From: a virus
Virus record (IMG/VR): IMGVR_UViG_3300020442_000007
Location: 64,001 to 128,000 of that record
Reading direction: 5' to 3' (one strand)
Length of the DNA stretch: 64,000 nucleotides
The notes under the pieces were generated by a model that saw nothing but the letters and a program-made list of their open reading frames with translations, searched no databases and had not been told where the DNA came from. Numbering within the stretch: position 1 is the first letter of the stretch; each line of letters begins with the position of its first letter. Shown piece after piece: positions 8,755 through 17,247 of this stretch. The position numbers and the translations under genes were made by a program.

Positions 8755-9495
8755 TTATTTTGGCTTGTAAAACTCAAAATACAATCTGTCACCGTTATCT
8801 TTTTTAAACTTTTCTAATTCAAGATTGTGTTCTTTTGCTAGTTCATATGCTACTTCAAACGACCAAGGAAAGATATCTACAAAAGGTCCTTTTGGCCATA
8901 AATGCCCAGGATTAGCACGAAAATACATTCTACCTCCAGGCATTAATATTTCTACAAGTTTTGCAAATCTTGTATTAATATCACCTCTATCACCGAAGTT
9001 TAAACTACCGAACACTATGATATGATCATAGCTCTCTGGCTCAACAGCAAATTCTAATATATCAACCATATAGTCTGCACTATTATTATATGGATCTATA
9101 CCAATTAGATTTTTAATTCTATTTTTAAATGGATGATATCCACAACCAAAGTCTAACACCGCTTTTGGATCTGTATTGTTTATTGTATCTACTAATGCCC
9201 ATCCGCTGTATTGATATATTTCAGTTTTAGGTTGCCAAATCTCCCCAAAAAACCTATGCATATATCTTGAATCAAGATCAGATACTAATTCTTTCACAGT
9301 AACATCTAAAGTTTCTATATCAAGTTGTAACTTAGATGACACATTGTCTTTAAACTTACGTAACCTAGCTGGTGACCAAGGTAACGAACCGATATTTGTA
9401 TCGATTGTAATCTGATCATTAATATTGTTATACTTAGGTAAATTGAAGGAGTTTTTTAAATTTTCGTCGATTAGACTAAAAATTCGAGTGTTCAT
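8755..9495 (-). CDS. class I SAM methyltransferase with N-terminal acyl-carrier-like domain
   Basis: VLDFGCG motif I, GIDP, LMPGG; residues ~1-78 follow ACP helical spacing; SD AAGGAG. Confidence 0.75.
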   Translation of the reverse strand: MNTRIFSLIDENLKNSFNLPKYNNINDQITIDTNIGSLPWSPARLRKFKDNVSSKLQLDIETLDVTVKELVSDLDSRYMHRFFGEIWQPKTEIYQYSGWALVDTINNTDPKAVLDFGCGYHPFKNRIKNLIGIDPYNNSADYMVDILEFAVEPESYDHIIVFGSLNFGDRGDINTRFAKLVEILMPGGRMYFRANPGHLWPKGPFVDIFPWSFEVAYELAKEHNLELEKFKKDNGDRLYFEFYKPK

Positions 9496-9668
9496 AAAAA
9501 AAATCTCCTTTTTGATAAATAAATGTATGCAATAATAAAAAAAGATTCACTTTTAAAAATTTTTTTATCCGCATCATATAATTACTTATGTTATATGTAT
9601 TATTTAAGGATCAACTCTGAAACTTAAAAATTTAATAATGAAGTATAAACTAAAGGAGATATAACATT

Positions 9669-10724
9669 ATGAAGAAACTAATCATTGGAGTCTTTATGGC
9701 TTTGACGATGTCAGCTACAACAGCTTTTGCTGATTATACGCTGATTGTTCCTCAGGCACCTGGTAAGGGTACTTCTGTATGGAGCGAAATTATCGCTAAG
9801 AACTTAGAAAAGTTCATCGGTGAACCAGTCGTGGTTCGTCATATTCCAGGCGCAAGAGATATTCCTGGTTTTAACAAGTTCCACAACAGCCTACGTTTTG
9901 ATGACAAAACAATTATGGTTGCACACGGTGGTAACGGTGTGTCGTACTTGTTGGATAAAGTTGACTACAACTATTTCGACTATGAACTAATGGGTTCTAT
10001 GAACAATGATATTGTTCTTGGTAAACATGCTGGTGCTGATGAAAAATCAGGAAACTGGACTATTGCAGGTGGATCAGGTTTTGAACCAGATGCAGCGGCA
10101 GTGGCAATGTTACTTTGTGGTCCACAAGGTGACAACACAGTAGACGACTATCTAAAATGTTGGAGAGAACGTGTAACTTGGGTTAACGGTGTATCAGGAG
10201 GCGAAAAGCGTCTTGGTTTTAAAAACGGTGAATTTGATGTAGCACGTGAATCGCCTGCGGCTTGGAAACGTTTCTACGAAGGTATCGAAGGTAATGAACT
10301 TTGGTTCACACACGGTATCCTAGACTTGGAAAATAAAGTACAAATGGCAGACCCAAACTTTCCAGGTACACAGTTCGAGGACTTGTACGAAAAGTTATGG
10401 GGCGAAGCACCAAAAGGTGATTTGTATGAAGCATATCGCTTAACACGTAACTGGCGTGATGCTATCCAAAAGTCTCTTTGGGTAAACAAAGGCAATCCTA
10501 ATGCGGCAAAGATCAAAGCTGCTGTAACTGAAATGATTAATGATCCAGTTGCGAGTGCTGAAATTTATGCTAAAACAGGAACTTATCCTTGGATCCAAGA
10601 TGGCCCAGCATTATTAGCTACTCTAAAATCCCTAATTACAGAGAAAGCTCTTAAAGATGCGGTTAAATGGAATCAGGAAGCATATGGCTTTCCATCAATT
10701 TATAAGCCAGAGCTTTTAAAGTAA
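9669..10724 (+). CDS. tctC: tripartite tricarboxylate transporter substrate-binding protein (TctC/Bug-like)
   Basis: Signal peptide ending AFA-D; LIVPQAPGKGT..PVVVRHIPGA; adjacent to tctA; strong SD AAAGGAG. Confidence 0.8.
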   Translation: MKKLIIGVFMALTMSATTAFADYTLIVPQAPGKGTSVWSEIIAKNLEKFIGEPVVVRHIPGARDIPGFNKFHNSLRFDDKTIMVAHGGNGVSYLLDKVDYNYFDYELMGSMNNDIVLGKHAGADEKSGNWTIAGGSGFEPDAAAVAMLLCGPQGDNTVDDYLKCWRERVTWVNGVSGGEKRLGFKNGEFDVARESPAAWKRFYEGIEGNELWFTHGILDLENKVQMADPNFPGTQFEDLYEKLWGEAPKGDLYEAYRLTRNWRDAIQKSLWVNKGNPNAAKIKAAVTEMINDPVASAEIYAKTGTYPWIQDGPALLATLKSLITEKALKDAVKWNQEAYGFPSIYKPELLK

Positions 10725-10735
10725 AGGATTAACCT

Positions 10736-12244
10736 ATGGACTATGTTATCTGGGCATTAATTGGCACCATGTATGGAATGCTAGTTGGTATTATACCTAT
10801 TGCAGGTGTAACTACCGCCCTGATAACTGTCTTTAGCATGGGAGCATACTTTATGGCTGACCCTTATTTGGGGTTAGTCTTTCTTACTGCAATAGTAGCA
10901 AGTTGTGCAAGTGCAGATAGTTATACAAGTATTCTTACAGGCATACCAGGAGCAAGTACAACTGCGGCCTGTGTTATAGATGGTTATCCAATGGCGAAAA
11001 AAGGCCAAGCCTCAAGAGCAATGGGCATTGCTATTGCTGACTCTACTTTTAACGGAGTTGTATTTGCAGCACTGACATTCTTTTTACTTCCTTATTATGG
11101 GAAGATTATAGTATTATTTGGACGTCCAGAGTTTCTGGGCTTCATGACAATGGCACTAGCCTGTGTAGGCTTTGTGGCAAGTAAAAACGTATTTTTAAGT
11201 ATATGTGCAATCATATTCGGACTAGCAGTAGGTATGGTTGGCGAAGATGTTGTAAGTAATCCTAGACTAACATTTGGTTGGGAATATTTACAAAATGGAA
11301 TAGGAATGGTAGTTTTACTATCAGGCCTGTTTGGAGTACCAGAATTATTAGATGGATTTAGAAGAAAATTAAAATCCGCAGCACCACCAATAAATGGAAG
11401 TTATTGGACAGGTCTTTTCCAAGGCTTCCGTGATGTAAAAACACACTGGCGTGATATGATACGTGGTGGGTTGATTGGTTTCGTTACTGGTTTATTACCA
11501 GGTGTAGGAGGCGCAGTAGGTGACTTCTTAGCATACGGTGCCACAAAGGCTGCACATAAAGAAAAAGACCAAGAAGTTCCTTTTGGTGAAGGTAACCCTG
11601 TAGGATTATTAGGGTGTGAAGGAGCAAACAATGCACAAAAGGTGTCTAGTATGATTCCTGCATGTTTGTTTGGAATACCAGCTGCGCCTTTTGCCGCAAT
11701 GGTAATGGCAATATGTATGTATTTCGGTATGGAGATTGGTACACCAAGTCTATTAGATGATATACAGTTTACAAATAGTTTAGCATTTGGTTATATTTTT
11801 GGGACTATTGGTGTTGCATTGTTAAGTATATTTTTATACAAGTATATACTTAAAATATTAGAAGTGCCTTTTTGGATTTACGCAACTTTTATTTTAGCAG
11901 TAATTGTTTATGCTAATATGCAATACACAGGTGGTTGGGAAGATTTAGCTTTACTTGCTATCTTAAGTGCTATAGGAGTCTTATGTAAAATGTGGAACAT
12001 TAGTAGACCAGCAATTCTAGTTGCATACGTTGTAGCTTTTAAGATAGATGAATACTTTTGGGGAACATTGCAGATTTATGGTTATAAACAATGGAAACCA
12101 GGATTAAGTTCAATGTCTGACTTTAGGTGGTTTGAATTATTTAACATATATAACCATCCTATATTCCTTATATGTATTGTTGTTGCATTAGGAATATTTA
12201 TAAACAGTTTAGTTAGAAAAGATAAAGGACTTGATTACGTATGA
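10736..12244 (+). CDS. tctA: tripartite tricarboxylate transporter permease TctA
   Basis: Polytopic membrane protein with SILTGIPG..DGYPMAKKG, GLLPGVGG, EGANNA, GIP motifs. Confidence 0.92.
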   Translation: MDYVIWALIGTMYGMLVGIIPIAGVTTALITVFSMGAYFMADPYLGLVFLTAIVASCASADSYTSILTGIPGASTTAACVIDGYPMAKKGQASRAMGIAIADSTFNGVVFAALTFFLLPYYGKIIVLFGRPEFLGFMTMALACVGFVASKNVFLSICAIIFGLAVGMVGEDVVSNPRLTFGWEYLQNGIGMVVLLSGLFGVPELLDGFRRKLKSAAPPINGSYWTGLFQGFRDVKTHWRDMIRGGLIGFVTGLLPGVGGAVGDFLAYGATKAAHKEKDQEVPFGEGNPVGLLGCEGANNAQKVSSMIPACLFGIPAAPFAAMVMAICMYFGMEIGTPSLLDDIQFTNSLAFGYIFGTIGVALLSIFLYKYILKILEVPFWIYATFILAVIVYANMQYTGGWEDLALLAILSAIGVLCKMWNISRPAILVAYVVAFKIDEYFWGTLQIYGYKQWKPGLSSMSDFRWFELFNIYNHPIFLICIVVALGIFINSLVRKDKGLDYV

Positions 12245-12987
12245 TGCACAAAACAAATTGGACTAAAACTTTAGAACCTGCAGACAATTATAAAAGTAAT
12301 TGGGATTGGACTGTAGCACACAGTGAATATCATTTTGATAATAATATTCAAGACAAGGAAGGCGAATGGGTTAAAGTTTTAGGCCGATTTGATAATCCTG
12401 AGTTATGGAAAGCAGATAGAGATAGATTAGTTAAAAATGCGACTAAAGCTATAAATTGGGAAACAAGAAAATTCTTTGGACATAAAGAAGATGCATCTCC
12501 AATGTTGAAACAAGAAGAATATGATATTACACAAGGAGGGGGTGATCCTAAAAAACTTATGCTTACAAATATGAAAGATGAGTTAGAGGATTATCCAATG
12601 CTTGTAAAAATGAAAGAACACTTTGGCGTAGTAGGTGGTAAGGACGAATTAAAATATCGTGCCCATGTTCAACTTACAGGTCAAATGTTTAATTTACACA
12701 TTGACAAACTTTGGGATAGATGCATAGAAGATCCTGAACAAGTATGTCGTATTACATTTTTCTTAGATGATTGGCAACCAGGACAGTTCTATATGTATGG
12801 TAATTTTATCTATGAAAGATGGAAAGCCGGAGAAGCTCATATATTTGATTGGCCTAATGTGCCACACGCAACCGCTAACGCAAGTAATTTTGCAAGACCC
12901 TGCATACAGATTACAGGCTTAAAATCAGATAAAACTAGGGAAATTATTGCTAATGGATCGCGTGATACAGTATGGACACTAAAGTAA
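12241..12987 (+). CDS. 2OG-Fe(II) oxygenase (Asp/Asn beta-hydroxylase-like)
   Basis: LHIDKL ... VPHATAN..RPCIQ. Confidence 0.75.
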   Translation: MMHKTNWTKTLEPADNYKSNWDWTVAHSEYHFDNNIQDKEGEWVKVLGRFDNPELWKADRDRLVKNATKAINWETRKFFGHKEDASPMLKQEEYDITQGGGDPKKLMLTNMKDELEDYPMLVKMKEHFGVVGGKDELKYRAHVQLTGQMFNLHIDKLWDRCIEDPEQVCRITFFLDDWQPGQFYMYGNFIYERWKAGEAHIFDWPNVPHATANASNFARPCIQITGLKSDKTREIIANGSRDTVWTLK

Positions 12988-13172
12988 GAAGTCTCGTAAA
13001 GACAGTATCATGGAGATTAACTGGTACACTTTGCACATTTTTAATTAGTTACGCAATATTACGTGACATTAGTATAAGCGGTTCTATTGCAATTATACAA
13101 CTTACTGCTAACACATTTATATTTTATATACACGAACGTATATGGAATATAATAAAATGGGGTAAACTTTGA
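12972..13172 (+). CDS. DUF2061 small membrane protein
   Basis: RSLVKTVSWR ... YIHERIW..IKWG signature. Confidence 0.85.
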   Translation: MDTKVRSLVKTVSWRLTGTLCTFLISYAILRDISISGSIAIIQLTANTFIFYIHERIWNIIKWGKL

Positions 13173-13810
13173 AACCTTTACTTACTATAATGACTGGCCC
13201 GCAAGGAGCCGGTAATCACTTATTCAGTAAAGCACTAGGACAAAATAAAAATATATTTGTATGGCCTGCATTACAAGAAAAGTATTGGGAAGGTCATGAT
13301 TTAGAACCTTTTGCAGAATGCTGGAAAGATCCTTTAAAACTAAATGATTTTGACTGGAAACAAAGTCAGTATTTCATCACAAGTATCAGTTGCCCATATT
13401 TTGATGATGGTGTAGAAACTATTCCAGCATATGATAATTTTATAGAAGTAGCAAGAAAGTTTTGTAGAATTCAATTTCTCATAATAGGGAGAGATAGTAA
13501 TATTTTAAAATTACAACAAGAACGTGTAAGAGAAAAACACACAACACCGTTTTTTATGAAACAGTTAGATAGTATAATACTTGGCAATAAAACAATATTT
13601 GCTAGTCAAGAGTTATTATACTTGTACAAGATAAGATATTTACAATCGTTAGAAAAACAACTAGGATTGTTACCAAATGAAGTAACATTAGATGATACTA
13701 AACTACTAGAAATATTATCTAAAGATGCGAATAAGAAATACATATCACAAGCAGAATCAACATTAGATAAAACAATTCAATTAGCAAGTAGCAGGAAAGG
13801 CGCAGTATGA
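13169..13810 (+). CDS. sulfotransferase-fold protein
   Basis: MTGPQGAGNHLFSK loop, LIIGRD; next to cysC; TTG start overlapping the previous stop. Confidence 0.55.
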   Translation: MKPLLTIMTGPQGAGNHLFSKALGQNKNIFVWPALQEKYWEGHDLEPFAECWKDPLKLNDFDWKQSQYFITSISCPYFDDGVETIPAYDNFIEVARKFCRIQFLIIGRDSNILKLQQERVREKHTTPFFMKQLDSIILGNKTIFASQELLYLYKIRYLQSLEKQLGLLPNEVTLDDTKLLEILSKDANKKYISQAESTLDKTIQLASSRKGAV

Positions 13811-14232
13811 AAATATTAATATTTGGCTTGCCTGGTAGTGGTAAAACCACGCTGGCAAAACCTTTTGCAGAATTAATTGGTGCAATTCATATAAATGCAG
13901 ATGCTGTAAGAGACAAATATAAAGACTGGGATTTTAGTTTAGAAGGCAGAGTCAGACAAGCACAAAGAATGCGTTATCTAGCGGATGGTGTTGTTAGTGC
14001 AGGAAAAGTTGCAGTTGCTGACTTTATTTGTCCTACAGAAAGAGCAAGACAAGAATTTGATGCAGATTATCAAGTTTGGATGGATACTATTAAGGAAGGT
14101 AGATACGAAGACACAAATAAAATGTTTGAAAAACCTTCTAGCGTTAACTATCATGTTTCAAAATGGTTTGAGGATACACATGCACAATTAATGGAGGTAG
14201 TGAAAAATTACATGGAGAAAAATAATGTTTAA
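13807..14232 (+). CDS. cysC: adenylylsulfate (APS) kinase, short form
   Basis: GLPGSGKTT, NADAVR, DFS.EGR.RQ, ADFICP, FEKP. Confidence 0.8.
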   Translation: MKILIFGLPGSGKTTLAKPFAELIGAIHINADAVRDKYKDWDFSLEGRVRQAQRMRYLADGVVSAGKVAVADFICPTERARQEFDADYQVWMDTIKEGRYEDTNKMFEKPSSVNYHVSKWFEDTHAQLMEVVKNYMEKNNV

Positions 14233-14635
14233 CGTTTTTAAGCCTACAACACAAATGTTAGGACGTTGGCAACCTTGGCACAAAGGACACACTGAATTAT
14301 TTAAACGTGCTTTAGCTGAAACAGGACAAGTATGTATTATGATCAGAACTGTGCCGCAAGACACAGATGCATCAGGCGGACGTACAATGACGCAGGATGA
14401 CAATCCATTTATTGTGGCTGATGTAGAAGATAATATAAAAAAGGAACTTGCTAAAGAGGGTTTTGAATATTATAGGGAATACAATATTATGATTGTTCCG
14501 AATATTGTAGATATTAGTTATGGTCGTGGGGTAGGATATACCTTTACAGAGCATGACTTAGGAAAAGAGATACATAGTATTAGTGCTACAGAATTACGTG
14601 CCAAGATGCGTAAAGAAGGTAAGCTGCAGACTTAA
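14225..14635 (+). CDS. HIGH-superfamily nucleotidyltransferase (cytidyltransferase-like)
   Basis: GRWQPWHKGH, DNPF, YGRGVGY, ISATELR. Confidence 0.85.
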   Translation: MFNVFKPTTQMLGRWQPWHKGHTELFKRALAETGQVCIMIRTVPQDTDASGGRTMTQDDNPFIVADVEDNIKKELAKEGFEYYREYNIMIVPNIVDISYGRGVGYTFTEHDLGKEIHSISATELRAKMRKEGKLQT

Positions 14636-14656
14636 ATACTAGAAAGGTAGATATGT

Positions 14657-15373
14657 ATGGCATTTAGATTTGATAAAGATAAGATGAAATATTTGACTAA
14701 TCCTGATGACTATAAAAGTAATTGGGAATGGACAAAAAGTAATAGTAATTACCATTTTGATAAAAACACTATCGATGGTGTCAGTGAAACATTTAGAGTG
14801 TGTGGAACTTTTCATGGTGATTGGGAAGAAGAATTAAAACAAGTTATAAAAGATAGCAAACCAGTTACTTGGGCAACAAGAGGTAAAAAAGGCGAACGTA
14901 AAGACAAGTTTATAGAACAAGAAGAATATGATCTTACATCTGCAGGAGCAAGTGCTGACTTAGAAGTTTCTAACTTTAATAGAAAATGTGAGAAGTATAC
15001 CAAGATAAATGAAATAGCAGAATATTTTAAACTTGAAAATTTTCAAAAAAGAATACATGTACAAACTACAGGGCAAGTTTGGAATCTACACATAGACAAA
15101 CTTTATCAATTTAATCCTGAGGATCCATCTAAAGTAGTAAGAATAACAATCATGCTGAATGACTGGGAACCAGGACAATTTTATATGTATGGTAATCGAA
15201 TGTATGAAAGATGGAAAGCAGGTGAAATACATATATTTGATTGGCCTAATGTTCCTCATTCTACTGCAAATACAAGTTATGTACCAAGAGTAAGTTTACA
15301 ACTTACAGGTGTTAAAACAGAAGACACTGACAGAATACTTAACGAACGAGATCACTATTATTCTGTGGAATGA
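14657..15373 (+). CDS. 2OG-Fe(II) oxygenase (close paralogue of 12241..12987)
   Basis: LHIDKL ... VPHSTAN..RVSLQ. Confidence 0.75.
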   Translation: MAFRFDKDKMKYLTNPDDYKSNWEWTKSNSNYHFDKNTIDGVSETFRVCGTFHGDWEEELKQVIKDSKPVTWATRGKKGERKDKFIEQEEYDLTSAGASADLEVSNFNRKCEKYTKINEIAEYFKLENFQKRIHVQTTGQVWNLHIDKLYQFNPEDPSKVVRITIMLNDWEPGQFYMYGNRMYERWKAGEIHIFDWPNVPHSTANTSYVPRVSLQLTGVKTEDTDRILNERDHYYSVE

Positions 15374-15378
15374 TTTGA

Positions 15379-15732
15379 ATGATAGACATACTAGTTGCAA
15401 ATATAATCTATGTATCTTATAGATTGCTTGTAACTGCTCATATAGTAAAATTTTTATACAAGTACATTCCTTACGGCTTTGCAGTTTTATTAGCCGCACA
15501 AATAAGTTTTTTATACGATGGGGGTGTATTTGCTTATCTATTTCAGGCAAAAGAATTACCAGCACTAATGGATTTTGTTCAAGCTAACGTATTATATACT
15601 TTTCGAGTTGGTGTGGCATGGTGGATTATTAAGATACTATGGGATCAATTGAGTAATTATTATTTGGCTGTGTTTATGGGTGCTCAGCTTACATTCATAG
15701 TAGACTATTTTATTTTTGAGGGAGTGTTTTAG
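15379..15732 (+). CDS. small membrane protein with two internal repeats
   Basis: Hydrophobic; repeat AN.(I/L)Y..(Y/F)R..V...I.K.L....Y..AV...AQ..F..D occurs twice. Confidence 0.65.
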   Translation: MIDILVANIIYVSYRLLVTAHIVKFLYKYIPYGFAVLLAAQISFLYDGGVFAYLFQAKELPALMDFVQANVLYTFRVGVAWWIIKILWDQLSNYYLAVFMGAQLTFIVDYFIFEGVF

Positions 15733-15743
15733 AGGTTAAATAC

Positions 15744-16385
15744 ATGCAAGGAACTAGTTTTATGGATATACAAGATTTTACAGAGTTTGATCAAAGTAGA
15801 TTAAAATTTTTCCAATTGCCTGAAAATTTATCTAGGTTTAGTGCAAAAAGAAACAATGCAAAAATCTCTAAAGAACACGATATACGTGAAATATTTCCTC
15901 TTGATGCAAATATAGTTGATGCTGGTTGTGGAGTAAATCCTTACAAAAAGTATTTTCCTAATTTGATAGGATTTGATTTTGTTGATTATGGTAATCAAGA
16001 TTATGTATGCAAAATTTTAGATGCTCCAATCGAACTAGAAAGTCAAGACGGTGTCTTGTGTTTAGGAGTTTTACATGAGTGTCCGGATGATTATCATCTA
16101 CCTAACATAGAAAAAATGTTATCTTGGTTACGGCCAGGCGGGCTACTTATAATGAGACATAAAAAAGAAACAGAAGCTGATTATGAAGAAAGAAGAAAAC
16201 AACACGGATTTTGGATAGGAATAGGATCTTGGCCACGTAGTAGGATTGATGAATTTACAAATAATTTAAATGTTAATTTAGAATGGATTGTTGAACATTC
16301 AACAAAAAGAACATTTAAACATAATGGTCAAGATTTAAAAAAGACATTTGATGGTCATATATGGTGTTGGAGGAAATATGTATAA
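15744..16385 (+). CDS. class I SAM-dependent methyltransferase
   Basis: IVDAGCG, GFD, LGVLH, WLRPGG. Confidence 0.85.
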   Translation: MQGTSFMDIQDFTEFDQSRLKFFQLPENLSRFSAKRNNAKISKEHDIREIFPLDANIVDAGCGVNPYKKYFPNLIGFDFVDYGNQDYVCKILDAPIELESQDGVLCLGVLHECPDDYHLPNIEKMLSWLRPGGLLIMRHKKETEADYEERRKQHGFWIGIGSWPRSRIDEFTNNLNVNLEWIVEHSTKRTFKHNGQDLKKTFDGHIWCWRKYV

Positions 16386-16623
16386 AAAAATTAAAGAACA
16401 TTTAGAAGAAACAGAATGGGGATATTGGAAACACTTAACGCATAGTGTTCACCAAAGTAATAAACTGATAGCCTGTGCAATTAAATCTTACATACATGGA
16501 ATTTTTCCATGTTGGTATAAAGCTGATGGGCCAATAACTATTTTTAAAATGTATCATCAAATAAAACGTATTCATCATGTAGCAAAATTAGAACGTGAAA
16601 TGAAAGACAAGGGTGAAATATAA
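16378..16623 (+). CDS. DUF6356-like small protein
   Basis: EHLEETEWGYWKHL..YIHGIFP; start moved to ATG 16378 after GGAGG SD. Confidence 0.65.
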   Translation: MYKKIKEHLEETEWGYWKHLTHSVHQSNKLIACAIKSYIHGIFPCWYKADGPITIFKMYHQIKRIHHVAKLEREMKDKGEI

Positions 16624-17207
16624 TGGATGTGATGAGCTTACATAGTATACTTTGTTCATATGGAGACGTGGTAGAATTAGATTATAAATTTTCAGAAAAA
16701 ACAATTACAGAACTAAAACAAATAAAGGATTGGTTACCAGGGCCTAATGGAAAAACTGCAATCAATCTAACTGGTCCTATAGAAGATTTAGGTTTAGACA
16801 CTCCTGCCGAAATTAAGCATGCAAGAAATCAACCATATAATGATAACTTATTAAAATGTCCTAGTATTATAAAGTTTTTTGATAAATGGACAGAACTTGC
16901 AAGGTGTAGGGTAGCAACTATGGACAAAGGTAGTTTTTTTAGATTACACAGAGATGCATTTAGACTAAACGATCAATTTCGTATTTTTATTCCTTTAAAT
17001 AAAACTACAGATGATGAATGGATGTTTATATATGACGGAAAAATACAAAGATTTAAAGAAGGCGTTCCATACGTACTAAACACAAGAAAAACACACGGCA
17101 GTTTCGCAATGGCAGACGATATATATCACATTCTAATGAGTTTATACATTAACGAAAATAATATTAAACAAATAGCAAAAATGCTACCTAATTGTAAAGA
17201 ACACTAA
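16623..17207 (+). CDS. Asp/Asn beta-hydroxylase-like 2OG-Fe(II) oxygenase
   Basis: LHRD, RIFIPL, LNTRKTHGS. Confidence 0.75.
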   Translation: MDVMSLHSILCSYGDVVELDYKFSEKTITELKQIKDWLPGPNGKTAINLTGPIEDLGLDTPAEIKHARNQPYNDNLLKCPSIIKFFDKWTELARCRVATMDKGSFFRLHRDAFRLNDQFRIFIPLNKTTDDEWMFIYDGKIQRFKEGVPYVLNTRKTHGSFAMADDIYHILMSLYINENNIKQIAKMLPNCKEH

Positions 17208-17211
17208 TTAT

Positions 17212-17219
17212 GATAAATA
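17212..17219 (+). promoter_or_regulatory. putative late promoter GATAAATA
   Basis: Same motif as before structural genes, in a short intergenic gap. Confidence 0.45.
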
Positions 17220-17247
17220 AACATAGTAAGTCTAACGGAGAAAAAAT

